DNA of 64,000 nucleotides from Candidatus Woesearchaeota archaeon (lineage in GTDB: Archaea > Nanobdellota > Nanobdellia > Pacearchaeales > GW2011-AR1). The position numbers were made by a program, and so were the translations under genes. Below, piece after piece: positions 1-10,529 of this stretch. The first letter of the stretch is position 1. The number at the start of each line of letters is the position of its first letter. The notes beneath the pieces are model-generated. The model did not search any database and had not been told where the DNA came from. It saw only the letters and a program-made list of their open reading frames with translations. Where the stretch lies: the NCBI GenBank assembly GCA_964412025.1, contig CAYPLY010000003.1, forward strand, positions 47,659 to 111,658, in the 5' to 3' direction.

Positions 1-97
1 ATAGTTATGAATATTATACGTTCACATTGTAAAATCAAGAATTAATGCTAATAAGATAAATAGGGGTTTTATTAAATCCCAGGAGAATAGATAAATT

Positions 98-1006
98 TTA
101 ATTGAAATATACAAAAGGATAAGTTTTTACTTCTGAAGGTATACCTGCTTGGTTTGGGTACGGAAGTACCCCTGTTTTATAATTACAGAGTGTAGTTAAG
201 TATTCGTTCGAATTTGCATAATTTAAACATTCTTCACTCTCATTAATTCTTCTTAAACAGTCAGCAACAGAGCCTGAATGAGCAAGCTCATAACAAATAT
301 TTAATCTTTGTTCTCTAGAGAATTCACTAAGATTTGATCCAATAAACAAAACATAATTCTTACTTGCACTATAATAACAGTTTTTTTCATAAGTTCTCCA
401 AGGAAAACAATAATCACTAAGATTATTCGAAATCCCATAGTCATTTCCTTCTTGTATTGCTTTTAAAATATCCAAGTACCTTTGATCTTTTAATATGTCT
501 ATAATCTCTTGTGAAGGATTTATTCTATAAACAGTACGTTCGGAGAAACCAGGATAAGCATATGCATCAAGATAAACTTTATCTTCACATTCATAAACTT
601 CTAAAGCTCTATGAAATAATCTTGCACCAATATATTCATATTCATATCTCCATATTAAATTGCATCCACTAAAAGGAGCATCGTTAGGCAAACTACTTGT
701 AGCAATTGGAATCCCTTTAATATTTTCAAGTGATTTAAGTTTACTTAAATTAGTATCATCTACATCTGTAGCATCCCAACAAAATTGACTATAGCCTGCA
801 TTTATCATCTCTTCCTGTGAAGAGAATGTAGAATACCCCTTACACTCTTCTAAGGTATTGATCCAACCAGAAAGAAATGTAATTGGTTCTTCTTTTGTAG
901 CATCATACTCCTTTTCCTCAATTGAATAGGGCTTAGGATAAAATATAACTACTAACGCAACTATTAAGATGACTCCAATAACTCCAATAATCCATCCCTT
1001 TTTCAT
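98..1006 (-). CDS. Hypothetical secreted or membrane-anchored protein
   Basis: 302 aa ORF with an N-terminal hydrophobic helix (GVIGVILIVALVVIFY). Many Cys, Tyr and Asn. No recognisable catalytic motif. Confidence 0.45.
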   Translation of the reverse strand: MKKGWIIGVIGVILIVALVVIFYPKPYSIEEKEYDATKEEPITFLSGWINTLEECKGYSTFSSQEEMINAGYSQFCWDATDVDDTNLSKLKSLENIKGIPIATSSLPNDAPFSGCNLIWRYEYEYIGARLFHRALEVYECEDKVYLDAYAYPGFSERTVYRINPSQEIIDILKDQRYLDILKAIQEGNDYGISNNLSDYCFPWRTYEKNCYYSASKNYVLFIGSNLSEFSREQRLNICYELAHSGSVADCLRRINESEECLNYANSNEYLTTLCNYKTGVLPYPNQAGIPSEVKTYPFVYFN

Positions 1007-1108
1007 AAGTCAAATAAACAAATATCCTTTAAAAATCTTTCAAAAACTAGGAGTTTCAAGTTTTTACAAAACCCTGGGAGAATGTGATAGATATGTTACA
1101 AACCATAA

Positions 1109-1453
1109 TTACATATCAAAACCCTTTGGTCCAAGCTTGATTAAAACATTCCTTATTTCATTTATTGTTTCTTGCTGATCTTTTTTGTCAGACATTCTTA
1201 CAAATCTTATTAACAAATCAGTTAAACTAGCTTCATCAAATATTTTTAGTTTATATCCATCAGTAATAAAATAAAATCTGAATGATTTATACTTTAGCTC
1301 CTTGATAACCACTCCCCCAACATTTCCTAATAGTTTTCCTTTATGGGGGTTTTCTTCCAGACTTCTTAACAATTTAATAATCTCATGGGATTCACCCTTA
1401 AATCTTTTTTGAATATCTTTAGCCAGAGAATCGATTATTTCGATTTTGGCCAT
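1109..1453 (-). CDS. Putative RelE/ParE-like type II toxin
   Basis: 114 aa. The core GGVVIKELKYKSFRFYFITDGYKLKIFD resembles the RelE/ParE beta-sheet core. It overlaps the upstream small ORF by 19 nt, a typical toxin-antitoxin layout. Confidence 0.3.
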   Translation of the reverse strand: MAKIEIIDSLAKDIQKRFKGESHEIIKLLRSLEENPHKGKLLGNVGGVVIKELKYKSFRFYFITDGYKLKIFDEASLTDLLIRFVRMSDKKDQQETINEIRNVLIKLGPKGFDM

Positions 1454-1647
1454 TTTTTATTAATCTCCTTTTCAAATTCATCCAAAGAAATGGTATTTTC
1501 TGATGACATTAAGAATTGTCTTAATTGTTCTTTAACTGCCAAAGAATAAATCCTCTTAAGGATTTCATCATAGCTCTCTCCTTTGACTCCAAAAGAGGAG
1601 ATTTTATCTTTTATTTCCTTGCTTAGCTGAATTGTTGTTATGTCCAT
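1435..1647 (-). CDS. Putative antitoxin partner of the downstream toxin-like ORF
   Basis: 70 aa ORF immediately upstream of, and overlapping, 1109..1453. No motif recognised. Confidence 0.25.
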   Translation of the reverse strand: MDITTIQLSKEIKDKISSFGVKGESYDEILKRIYSLAVKEQLRQFLMSSENTISLDEFEKEINKKWPKSK

Positions 1648-2033
1648 TTTAACCTATAGTTGCTATGGGGACTATAGTTTATAAATATTTTGGATTTTAA
1701 AAAATGCTTGAGACAAAACCCTGGGAGATTCTTCAAGCCAACAAATAGTAGACCTGAAGCGTCTCCTGGGTAAAAAGAGGTGATAATAAATGCAATACTA
1801 ACAACTATTTAAACCTTTCGTTTATGTTACTCTTTAAAAATGACAGCCAGTGGTAAACATAAAGGAGTAACTAAAAATTTAATAGTCCTTTAAGAATTGC
1901 AATAAATAAAAAGGATATAACAACTACACCCAAAACATTTTAATAACTACACTAATTTTAAATTGGAATTGATTGAATACAACGGGAATAAAATCATATA
2001 AATCCTTATAAATACAAAGAAAGAGATGATTTA

Positions 2034-2588
2034 ATGGGAAACCCCTCAATGAACTGGTTCGCAATGGATTTTGATCAATTCGTAAATTCTGAAGTAATCA
2101 AAAACAACCCCTCTGTGGGAATATCCTACAGGCTTAGAGATTCAACACCGATATATGGAGGAAATGAAATAGCAAGAGTTTATGATATAACATCCAAAGA
2201 GCAACTATCCCCTGATTTAGACTTTATTTATAATTTAAATGACAAACTAAAAAGACACTCTGATGGAAACTTGGGTAACTTTTATTTTAAATTAAAGTTG
2301 GCCACAATACCTGTTTACCCTTCAAATCAGGTTAGTAACTTTTTATACAGCTATCTTGGAACAACAGACATGTTGCACAAAAGTGGAGATTTAAACTCCA
2401 AAAAAGCAAGATCCATTATAAATAACATAAGCAGTGAGGGATTACTCTGGAGCATAAAAAATGGGAAAAAGCCATCTGAAATTATATTTAACTACAATTT
2501 CTGCAACCTCCAAAATGAGAATCTGGGGGAGTTAAACACAAACATAAGAGGAAATGAATTAGATAATTTTATCAAATCTCTTTATTAA
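2034..2588 (+). CDS. Hypothetical protein
   Basis: 184 aa ORF with no recognisable motif. Confidence 0.35.
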   Translation: MGNPSMNWFAMDFDQFVNSEVIKNNPSVGISYRLRDSTPIYGGNEIARVYDITSKEQLSPDLDFIYNLNDKLKRHSDGNLGNFYFKLKLATIPVYPSNQVSNFLYSYLGTTDMLHKSGDLNSKKARSIINNISSEGLLWSIKNGKKPSEIIFNYNFCNLQNENLGELNTNIRGNELDNFIKSLY

Positions 2589-2628
2589 GAGAATAAAAAT
2601 TTATATAATGAACATTCATTAATCTAAA

Positions 2629-3630
2629 ATGGAAAAAAAAGGTGAATTTTTTGATAATCCCTTAAGTTCATTAAATCAGGGAAAAGAACTCAATATAGTT
2701 GTTCCGGCAACCCCGACAAAGATAAATGTAAAACAGGAAGAAATTCACGATTTACTATTTAGTAGAGAAATTGAATGGCAGGATATAATTTACGATTTAA
2801 TAAACACAGAACAATTAAATCCCTGGGATATAGATTTGGTTGTCTTAACAGAAAAGTATTTTCAGAGAATACATGAGATGGAGGAGAGAGATTTCTTTAT
2901 CTCAAGCAAAGTTCTTCTTGCAGCATCATTTTTATTGAGGATAAAATCCGAAATTCTTCTCAACAAGTACATAAAGAGCATAGATGACATTTTATTTGGA
3001 AATAAAACAGAAATAAAGAAAACTTCACTTGAAAGAATTGAGCTCGAAGATGAGATACCAGAATTAATCCCAAGAAGCCCTCTTCCAAGATTTAAGAAGG
3101 TAACCCTCAAAGAACTTCTTGAATCTCTAAATAAAGCAATAATAACGGAAAATAGAAGAATAAAAAAAGAAATTGTAAATAAAAATGCTCTTAGGGAAAG
3201 TTCAATATCTCTCCCAAAAAGAAAATTCAGCATAAAAGATAAAATAATTGAAATAACCGGATTATTAGAAAATTATTTTAGCACCAAAGAAGAATTTAAG
3301 AGAATAACATTCACTGAACTTGCGGGTGAAGAAAGAGAAAAGAGAATAGAACATTTTTCCCCGCTATTGCATCTTGAAAATCAACAAAAGATATGGCTTG
3401 AACAACCAAATCACTTTGAAGAAATCCACATATGGGAAAAGAAAAACTACTGGGAAAAAAACGGGAACCCCTTTCAAAACCTGATAACGGAGCTTAAGGA
3501 AGGAACTTACGAAGAAATTTCAGATGAAGAATTTGAAAAGTTCTCTGATAAAAATGAAGAAGGAAATGAGGATATCCAGGAAAAAAGAAAAAAAGGAAAT
3601 AGAAAACCAAAAGATGAGGAAGAAGAATGA
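2629..3630 (+). CDS. scpA: Segregation and condensation protein A (kleisin ScpA)-like
   Basis: N-terminal WQDIIYDLINTEQLNPWDIDLVVLTEKYF...SSKVLLAASFLLRIKSEILL matches the ScpA signature. The acidic C-terminus is also ScpA-like. Confidence 0.65.
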   Translation: MEKKGEFFDNPLSSLNQGKELNIVVPATPTKINVKQEEIHDLLFSREIEWQDIIYDLINTEQLNPWDIDLVVLTEKYFQRIHEMEERDFFISSKVLLAASFLLRIKSEILLNKYIKSIDDILFGNKTEIKKTSLERIELEDEIPELIPRSPLPRFKKVTLKELLESLNKAIITENRRIKKEIVNKNALRESSISLPKRKFSIKDKIIEITGLLENYFSTKEEFKRITFTELAGEEREKRIEHFSPLLHLENQQKIWLEQPNHFEEIHIWEKKNYWEKNGNPFQNLITELKEGTYEEISDEEFEKFSDKNEEGNEDIQEKRKKGNRKPKDEEEE

Positions 3631-3923
3631 GTAGCAAAATTAAAGTTAATTACAACAAAAGAATAATCTCTCTTAATTACTCAACACTAGAAGAAGATGA
3701 AAAATCCATTAAACTTAATTTAAATAAAGTCATTGGTTCAGGAAAAGCAAACGACTATACCAGAGCCGAACAAGAAGCACAGCTTTACTTAATAAAAAAT
3801 GCATTAAATAAATCGACAAGATTTCATAAATTAGAGAGAATTGTGGGGATAACTCAAAACGTTCATCTGTTAGATGAAGGAGAAGTAAAAATTGTTCTCG
3901 AAGGCTACGGAGTATTTAATTAA
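3627..3923 (+). CDS. Hypothetical protein
   Basis: 98 aa ORF. Its start overlaps the scpA stop by 4 nt, suggesting cotranscription. Confidence 0.3.
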   Translation: MSSKIKVNYNKRIISLNYSTLEEDEKSIKLNLNKVIGSGKANDYTRAEQEAQLYLIKNALNKSTRFHKLERIVGITQNVHLLDEGEVKIVLEGYGVFN

Positions 3924-3924
3924 A

Positions 3925-4611
3925 ATGAAACTTGCATCTTTATTTTCAGGTGGGAAAGATTCAGTTTATTCCGCATACCTTGAAAAAAAGAAGGGAAATG
4001 ATATAGTTTGTCTCATAACTCTTCATTCAGAAAATAAAGAATCTTATATGTTTCATACTCCAAGCATTGAAAAAACAAAAAACCAGGCAAAAACAATGAA
4101 TATTCCCTTAATAGTGCACAAAACACAGGGAAAAAAAGAAGAGGAACTAAAAGATCTGGAGGATGCAATAAAAAAAGCCATAACTAAATACAAAATACAG
4201 GGAATTGTAACAGGAGCATTGCATTCTGAATACCAAGCGTCAAGAATACAAAAAATATGTGATAATTTAAACATAAAATGTATAAATCCCCTCTGGCACA
4301 AAGAGGAAATAGGTTATCTTAAAGAACTCTTAAAAGAGAATTTCAAAGTAATGGTTGTTGGGGTATTTGCATATCCTCTAAATCAATCCTGGCTAGGGAG
4401 AATTATAGACAATAAATTCATAGAAGAAGTAAAAATATTAAAAGAAAAATACAAAATTCATCCAGCAGGAGAGGGGGGAGAGTTTGAGACTTTCGTTTTA
4501 AATTGCCCCTTATTTAAAAAAGAATTAAGAGTAAAATCTTACAATGACTTCAAAGAGGGGGAAAATTCCTGGAGACGTGAAATTGAGATTTCAAGTGCGA
4601 ACATCAAATAA
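3925..4611 (+). CDS. dph6: Diphthine-ammonia ligase (Dph6, MJ0570-type ATP pyrophosphatase)
   Basis: PP-loop SGGKDS near the N-terminus and an EGGEFETFV motif typical of the MJ0570/Dph6 family. The likely start is the internal Met (MKLASLFSGGKDS) of the longer ORF 3892..4611. Confidence 0.7.
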   Translation: MKLASLFSGGKDSVYSAYLEKKKGNDIVCLITLHSENKESYMFHTPSIEKTKNQAKTMNIPLIVHKTQGKKEEELKDLEDAIKKAITKYKIQGIVTGALHSEYQASRIQKICDNLNIKCINPLWHKEEIGYLKELLKENFKVMVVGVFAYPLNQSWLGRIIDNKFIEEVKILKEKYKIHPAGEGGEFETFVLNCPLFKKELRVKSYNDFKEGENSWRREIEISSANIK

Positions 4612-4697
4612 CATTGGGAAGAGAGATATCTATTTAATTAAATACTAAATAATTACTCTTAAATACTGCTAGTTCTTATAAATATCATAAAAAGAGA

Positions 4698-6263
4698 ATG
4701 AAAATTCCAAAAATATTTGGAAATAGAATAGTTGTATTAGTAATAGCTTTGGCTTTAATTGTTATTGTTTTAATCTCCCTGATTAATGTAAGCAAAATAG
4801 CATTCACGGGTTTCTCAAGTTTAAATGAAGAAGAACAAGAAATACAAGATAATACTCTTTCAGACAATACCGAAAGAGGAAGTGCAATGACGATAAATGT
4901 TTTCGAAGAAAATCCACTTGGATTAGAAGATGTTTACTTTAATGAAGAAGAAACTGAAATCCCCCCAGAAACAACTAAAAAAAGTAAAAGACGTTCGAGT
5001 AGTTCTAATTCACAAGAACCCACAAGCATAAATCAGAAAGAAGAAAGTAATGAAGAAAATGGAAATATAAATAACAACGGAAACTCAGGAAATCAAAACA
5101 ATCCAAGCCTTTCAAAAAAATTAACAAAAAAACCAAAAGACTTAAACTTAAAAAAAGATGAAGTCGAGATAAATGAAGGAGAAGAATTCCAGGGATTAGT
5201 CAGATTAACTCTTGAAAAATCCAATAAGAAAATATCAAAATTTAACATCAACTTTGATAAAGATATAAACTTATCGGACATGGTTGGAGATTCAGATTTC
5301 ACAACAGGAAAGTCATTCATGCACTCAACCTCTGGACTTCTTGAAGATATTGACTTGTATGTTCCAATAACAGAAGGAACAGATGGAGTAGTTGTTTGTT
5401 CAGGAGCTTCAAGCTTTGAACAAATTTATTATGGATGTATAGATGAACCAGAAGTAACCAAAGAAGAACTCCTAACTCTCTCAAATCCAAGATTAGAAAT
5501 AAGTTCAGATGGGCTATATTTCATTGTACATGGAATAACAGGTACGGGAGCAACTGGGGTGAATGTTACAAACATAAGTTCAAGTCATCAAAATGCAACC
5601 CCTCCTGGAAGCCTGGATGCAATTGCAGGAAACGTAACTGAAATAACAACTCCGGAAGGTTGGGGAATAACTCAAGCATGGGCAGGATATTATGGGAATG
5701 TGTCTGGAGCAATACAGCTAGCAGATTCTGGAAACAACGTTTTATATAACTGGTCATTATCCTCTCCGGAAGGAGAAGTATTTGCATCAACAAACGATTC
5801 AATATCATGGAATAATGTTCAATGTTTTAACTTTACCTCTTCGGGAACATATACCGATGAAAGTGGAAATGGGGGATTAACAAACATGCACGGAACAAAT
5901 CTTACCATTCTTGAAACCCAATATGGAATTGAAAGCGATGATTTAGATGGAGTAGATGAAACATTCTATCTACTGGGGATAGGTACACATAATACATTCT
6001 ATGTTAATGCAAACGAATTTATAGAAGGAGAGTGTCCAAATACAAGAATTTTTGACTCTTCTGGATATGGAAATGATGATAATTTTGAAGAAATCCTTTT
6101 ATATGAACCGACAACATCAAGTGTTATATTTACTTCTTTACTAAATGAAGATTTGCCTGGATTTGATAGTAACCCCCATGATTTTGAAATGATTGTACTT
6201 GAAGATGGACATTTAACTGATACTGTAACAACACTCTATTACTTCTATGCTGTAATGTACTAA
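4698..6263 (+). CDS. Secreted or surface protein with N-terminal membrane anchor and a low-complexity S/N/E-rich region
   Basis: 521 aa. The N-terminal hydrophobic segment (IVVLVIALALIVIVLISLI) is followed by an acidic and S/N-rich linker, then a Gly/Thr/Asn-rich globular region. Confidence 0.45.
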   Translation: MKIPKIFGNRIVVLVIALALIVIVLISLINVSKIAFTGFSSLNEEEQEIQDNTLSDNTERGSAMTINVFEENPLGLEDVYFNEEETEIPPETTKKSKRRSSSSNSQEPTSINQKEESNEENGNINNNGNSGNQNNPSLSKKLTKKPKDLNLKKDEVEINEGEEFQGLVRLTLEKSNKKISKFNINFDKDINLSDMVGDSDFTTGKSFMHSTSGLLEDIDLYVPITEGTDGVVVCSGASSFEQIYYGCIDEPEVTKEELLTLSNPRLEISSDGLYFIVHGITGTGATGVNVTNISSSHQNATPPGSLDAIAGNVTEITTPEGWGITQAWAGYYGNVSGAIQLADSGNNVLYNWSLSSPEGEVFASTNDSISWNNVQCFNFTSSGTYTDESGNGGLTNMHGTNLTILETQYGIESDDLDGVDETFYLLGIGTHNTFYVNANEFIEGECPNTRIFDSSGYGNDDNFEEILLYEPTTSSVIFTSLLNEDLPGFDSNPHDFEMIVLEDGHLTDTVTTLYYFYAVMY

Positions 6264-6310
6264 TTTCCAAAAAGATAAGGTTTTTTTAACTCAAATATGC
6301 TAATATAAAT

Positions 6311-7489
6311 ATGGGAGTATTAAAATTTTTTAAGAAAATTCTGAAGGAAGAGGAAAAAATAGAAACAGAAAAAGAAAAAACAACCTCTTCAGATATAGAA
6401 GAATTTGTAAAACTAAAAATAAAAGGAATAAATGAAAAAGAAAAAGAAAGAAGTTCCATAATAAATCAAAAGATAACCCAATTTACTAAAGAACTTAAAG
6501 AGAAGATAATACTTGTAAACGAAGTAGATATAGAACCAAGAGAAAAAAACGACAAAATAAAATCGATAGTCAATGAGGGAAGAAAAAAATATATAGATTT
6601 TCTTGAAAGATTTATAGAAAACATAGAAGAAATTGAAAAAGAGAACCTGGAGGAAACAGCAAAAGAGATTAATCAGGCATTTTTACGCCTTAATCAGAGC
6701 TCTGGAAAAAGCTATGAAAGGGCAACAATACTCATCGGAAAGGAGATGGGAAGCATAAAAGAAACTTTAAAGAACTTCTCAAATGAGTTGTTAAAAATAT
6801 TTAATGAGGACAAAGACATAACCTCTGATAAAAAAAGATTCAAGATAATACTTTCAAAAATAGAAGAAAACAAAGAAATAGCAAAAAAACTAACAAAAAT
6901 AAAAGAGGAAATCTCTGCAGCAGAAAGAAAGATCAGAGAGAAAGAGGAAGAAAATAAAAGAAAATATGAAGAAATTGAGAAAATAAAGAAAAGCAAAGAC
7001 TATCTGGAGTATCTTGAGAATGAAAAGGAAGTAAGATTAAAAGAAGAATCTCTTGATGAGAATATAAAAGAACTAAGGATGCTAATATATTTCAAGGGTC
7101 TTTCAAATTTCTTCCACGTGTTCCCAAAAAAAATGGAGATAGTTAAAAAATACAAGGATAATTTCCTGGGGGAATTCAAGATGGAAGGGGAAAAAAAGAT
7201 TATTGAACTGCTTGAGGAGTCTAAATTAAACACAGATAAGATAACTGAGAAGATAAAAGAAATAAAAGAAAGAGAAAGAGAAATAATAAATTCTAGACAG
7301 AAAGTTAATCGGATTGAAATAGAACATTTATATTCAGATATAGAAAGTATAAAAGAAGCAATAGACAATATAATTAAGGATAAAGAATGGAGCGAGAAAA
7401 ACAGAGATAAGATGGAGTCTCAAGAAAAAGAAAACAAAGAAAGCATAAAAAAACAATTAAGCCTTATGAACATAGATTTTGAAGATTAA
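6311..7489 (+). CDS. K/E-rich coiled-coil protein
   Basis: 392 aa. Extremely Lys/Glu/Ile-rich with heptad-like periodicity and no transmembrane segment. Confidence 0.4.
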   Translation: MGVLKFFKKILKEEEKIETEKEKTTSSDIEEFVKLKIKGINEKEKERSSIINQKITQFTKELKEKIILVNEVDIEPREKNDKIKSIVNEGRKKYIDFLERFIENIEEIEKENLEETAKEINQAFLRLNQSSGKSYERATILIGKEMGSIKETLKNFSNELLKIFNEDKDITSDKKRFKIILSKIEENKEIAKKLTKIKEEISAAERKIREKEEENKRKYEEIEKIKKSKDYLEYLENEKEVRLKEESLDENIKELRMLIYFKGLSNFFHVFPKKMEIVKKYKDNFLGEFKMEGEKKIIELLEESKLNTDKITEKIKEIKEREREIINSRQKVNRIEIEHLYSDIESIKEAIDNIIKDKEWSEKNRDKMESQEKENKESIKKQLSLMNIDFED

Positions 7490-7525
7490 GAACAGATTTA
7501 TAAATTTAAAATTAATATAATTAAT

Positions 7526-8215
7526 ATGAGTGATAAAAAAGAGGAAAGATCTCCAATAAAAGAGGAGATACTTGAAGAAGAAGGAAAAAAATTAAGCAGA
7601 GATATTGCAAGAAAACACATATACATAAAAAACAAAAGCAAATACCCTCTCCCTTTTGAAGAATACAAAATATATCATATTGATGGAAAACTATTCAACG
7701 ACTCTCCTGAAAACCTCTATCTTTGTACAAAAGAGCAAAGAAAGGCATTATATTCTGAACAATTAAGAAGAAAGAGGCCATTCTCCTCTTCAATGGAAAT
7801 TGAATTGTTTCTTGACAAAATAGGTAAACATTCCCCAGAAATATCTAAGGATAAGCAGATATATGAAAATAATTACAACCCAAGAATACCTCTCTACTGG
7901 AAACAAAAAGAAACAAGAAGAAAACAAATATCAAATAAGGATGAAACACATAATGAACTAAAAGATAAAATAATAGAGGAGATAAAGGAAAAAGAAGAAG
8001 AAATAAAAGTTGAAGAAGAGGAAAATCAATTCTATTATCACCAGAAAGAAAAAACCCCTAAACTAAAAAAACAATTAATACAAGAGATTAGAGAAACAGA
8101 GGCAATAAAAAAGATAAAGGAAGGAAAAAGAAAGATGACTCTCACTGAAAAAATAATAATCGCAATTGGTATCTTAATTGTTATATTACTTTTTTACATT
8201 TATTTAAAGATGTAA
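7526..8215 (+). CDS. K/E-rich protein with C-terminal transmembrane anchor
   Basis: 229 aa, Lys/Glu-rich, with a C-terminal hydrophobic helix (IIIAIGILIVILLFYIYL). Confidence 0.4.
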   Translation: MSDKKEERSPIKEEILEEEGKKLSRDIARKHIYIKNKSKYPLPFEEYKIYHIDGKLFNDSPENLYLCTKEQRKALYSEQLRRKRPFSSSMEIELFLDKIGKHSPEISKDKQIYENNYNPRIPLYWKQKETRRKQISNKDETHNELKDKIIEEIKEKEEEIKVEEEENQFYYHQKEKTPKLKKQLIQEIRETEAIKKIKEGKRKMTLTEKIIIAIGILIVILLFYIYLKM

Positions 8216-8224
8216 TTAATATAA

Positions 8225-9568
8225 TCACTTAAATTCAAAACTAGCAGAATGTGATGTCCCATCATTAAGATTTAATGTAAACTTCCTACAACTCCCTTTC
8301 CAGTATTTTTCTGTTTTCCAAACATAAGTATATTCATCAATTAAAGGATTATAAGATAAAGTGCTTTGGCCAGCAGTAGATGTTTCTTCAATTACATCTC
8401 CAATTAATGAAGAATCGCAAGAAGTCCAACAAGAGACAGGATTTGAATCAAATATATCTAATCCTTTATCTCCATTCAAGCTAAATTTAATAGGGACAGC
8501 ACTTCCAGCCTTAACAAGATTTAACATAGGTAGATTATCAACTGGTTTCAAAAATCCACTCCATTCATAAGGAACAGCACAAACTCCAAACACCTTCAAA
8601 CTTGGATAACCCTCATTAATTTCTGAACACATTTGCCAGATGTTCTCAAAATCCCACCCCTCATTTGTAAATGTGGATAAAGTCTTCATTTCATTGGTTG
8701 TTTTTCCAGTTCCACAAGCAGATGTTTCTTGTCCAGAAGTTTCAACATCCCAAAATGAATTAGAACAACTACCAGAATTTTGATGACCAACCAATCCTCC
8801 TATGAAAGAGATTCCAGAAACTGAACCGGTTGAATAAGAATTTGTTATAACTCCTTCATTATCTCCAACTAAACCCCCGGTATAATCAGTTCCAGAAACT
8901 GAACCTGTAGAGTAAGAATTTGAAATCTCTCCAGAATTATATCCAACTAAACCCCCATTCATCCAAGAACCAACTATTTGTGTATTAACATTTCTACAAT
9001 AAATAACCTGTCCAGAATTATAAACATTGCCTGCTATAGCTCCAACTGCGCCTTCATTATCTGAATTAATATATGAGTTTTCAACAGTTGAATAAGAAAT
9101 TACCCCATTTGTAAGGCCTAGAATGCCCCCGGTTTTATCTTCGCCATAAATTGTAGCTTCAACCAAATTAACTTTTGTAACAAAATATCCAAAGTCCATA
9201 AAACTAAACAAACCTGTTTGAGTTTCAATAGGCCTATTTATATACAAATCAAAGATAGCATAATCTTGTCCATTATACCTTCCCTGAAATCCTGCTGGAT
9301 TATTCCTTCCTATAGGAACAAATCCCGCACCATCATTCCAATTAACCGTATCTAAACAATCAATATCATTTACTTGAGCAAAATAATATCCCTTATCAAT
9401 ATTAACCATATCTCCAATACTCTGCAATTCTTCACAGGTACTTACCAAAAAAGGGTCTTCAACGCTTCCAGAACCCCCGCTAAACGCACTTGCTAAACTT
9501 AAAGTCAGCATAAATACTCCAAAAAACAAACTAAATCTCCTCATTTTAAATATTAAGTAAAGATTCAC
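8225..9568 (-). CDS. Secreted GLUG-motif repeat protein (adhesin or protease-associated type)
   Basis: Signal peptide present. Repeated GGLVG...N.G.I.NSYSTGSVSG units (GLUG motif) in tandem. Cys-containing C-terminal domain. Confidence 0.55.
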   Translation of the reverse strand: MNLYLIFKMRRFSLFFGVFMLTLSLASAFSGGSGSVEDPFLVSTCEELQSIGDMVNIDKGYYFAQVNDIDCLDTVNWNDGAGFVPIGRNNPAGFQGRYNGQDYAIFDLYINRPIETQTGLFSFMDFGYFVTKVNLVEATIYGEDKTGGILGLTNGVISYSTVENSYINSDNEGAVGAIAGNVYNSGQVIYCRNVNTQIVGSWMNGGLVGYNSGEISNSYSTGSVSGTDYTGGLVGDNEGVITNSYSTGSVSGISFIGGLVGHQNSGSCSNSFWDVETSGQETSACGTGKTTNEMKTLSTFTNEGWDFENIWQMCSEINEGYPSLKVFGVCAVPYEWSGFLKPVDNLPMLNLVKAGSAVPIKFSLNGDKGLDIFDSNPVSCWTSCDSSLIGDVIEETSTAGQSTLSYNPLIDEYTYVWKTEKYWKGSCRKFTLNLNDGTSHSASFEFK

Positions 9569-9629
9569 TTATAAATTTTTATATACAAATAAGATAATAT
9601 TTATAAATTACAAAACTCTCATCTAAACA

Positions 9630-10223
9630 ATGAGAAACAATAAAACACTTGCACTCTCTTTATGTTTAATCTTGGTTTTAGGTTTATCATTTGTAGTCGC
9701 AGAAGGAGACCAAGTAGGGAAAAAGAATTCTAATGAAAAGAGTTTGAATATGTTCAAGAAATCAAACTATGGTTCTTGCGTATCTGACCAAACAAAAGTA
9801 AAAAATTCCTGCTATAAACAAGAAAAAACCTCCTACAAAAATTGTGCTTCAAATGTTAAAGAGAAATATAAAAACCAGGAAATAACAAACAAAACACAAA
9901 TAAAAAATATGAAAACAGAATGTAGAAATGACTACAAACAAAAAATGAATCAATGCAAATCCTCTTTCAAATCCAATAAAGAAAATTGCGAGTCCTTAAA
10001 GCCTGATGTATTAACCTCCGAAAGTTGTAATGCAGGAGGGGGGAGATGGAACGAATGTGGAAGCAAATGTGCAATAAATAACCAGGGAAAACAAGACGTT
10101 GCCTGTCCAACTGTATGTGATCCTATATGCGAATGTGGAACAATAGCCGGTTTAACCTGTCCATCAGGATATAACTGTAACACTCCCAAGGATATACCTG
10201 ACGCAATGGGATACTGCAGATAA
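9630..10223 (+). CDS. Secreted cysteine-rich protein
   Basis: Signal peptide present. About 22 Cys, with many CxxxC spacings and a K/N-rich composition. Confidence 0.4.
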   Translation: MRNNKTLALSLCLILVLGLSFVVAEGDQVGKKNSNEKSLNMFKKSNYGSCVSDQTKVKNSCYKQEKTSYKNCASNVKEKYKNQEITNKTQIKNMKTECRNDYKQKMNQCKSSFKSNKENCESLKPDVLTSESCNAGGGRWNECGSKCAINNQGKQDVACPTVCDPICECGTIAGLTCPSGYNCNTPKDIPDAMGYCR

Positions 10224-10250
10224 GAATAATTCAAAAATCTATAATAATCT

Positions 10251-10526
10251 ATGGGTAAAAAAAGTGGTGCTGTATTGCTTTTAGTTTTGGTTTTGGCAAT
10301 AGCATTTTTTTATTGGTACTTCATAATGCGAGCTCCCTGTCAACCTTTAGGTAGATGTGAAATAAAATCAATTGATATTAGTTGTATATCAAACACAGAT
10401 TGTTACTCTGGGTCTATCCATGGAACCTGCGATATAAACACATTGAAATGCGTAAACCTACTTTATGACGGAAACAGAGAAGAGTGCTCCAGAATTGGAG
10501 GAGAATGGGTAGAATGGGGATGTTAA
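10251..10526 (+). CDS. Small secreted or membrane-anchored cysteine-rich protein
   Basis: 91 aa with an N-terminal transmembrane or signal segment and 10 Cys. Confidence 0.35.
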   Translation: MGKKSGAVLLLVLVLAIAFFYWYFIMRAPCQPLGRCEIKSIDISCISNTDCYSGSIHGTCDINTLKCVNLLYDGNREECSRIGGEWVEWGC

Positions 10527-10529
10527 ACT

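Noticed and set aside
60-90. Third copy of the aaaccctgggaga motif (aaatcccaggaga at about 74-88)
   Set aside because: It has two mismatches and forms part of a GGGGTTT-tatt-AAATCCC hairpin just downstream of the stop of 98..1006. A transcription terminator explains it better than a third regulatory site.
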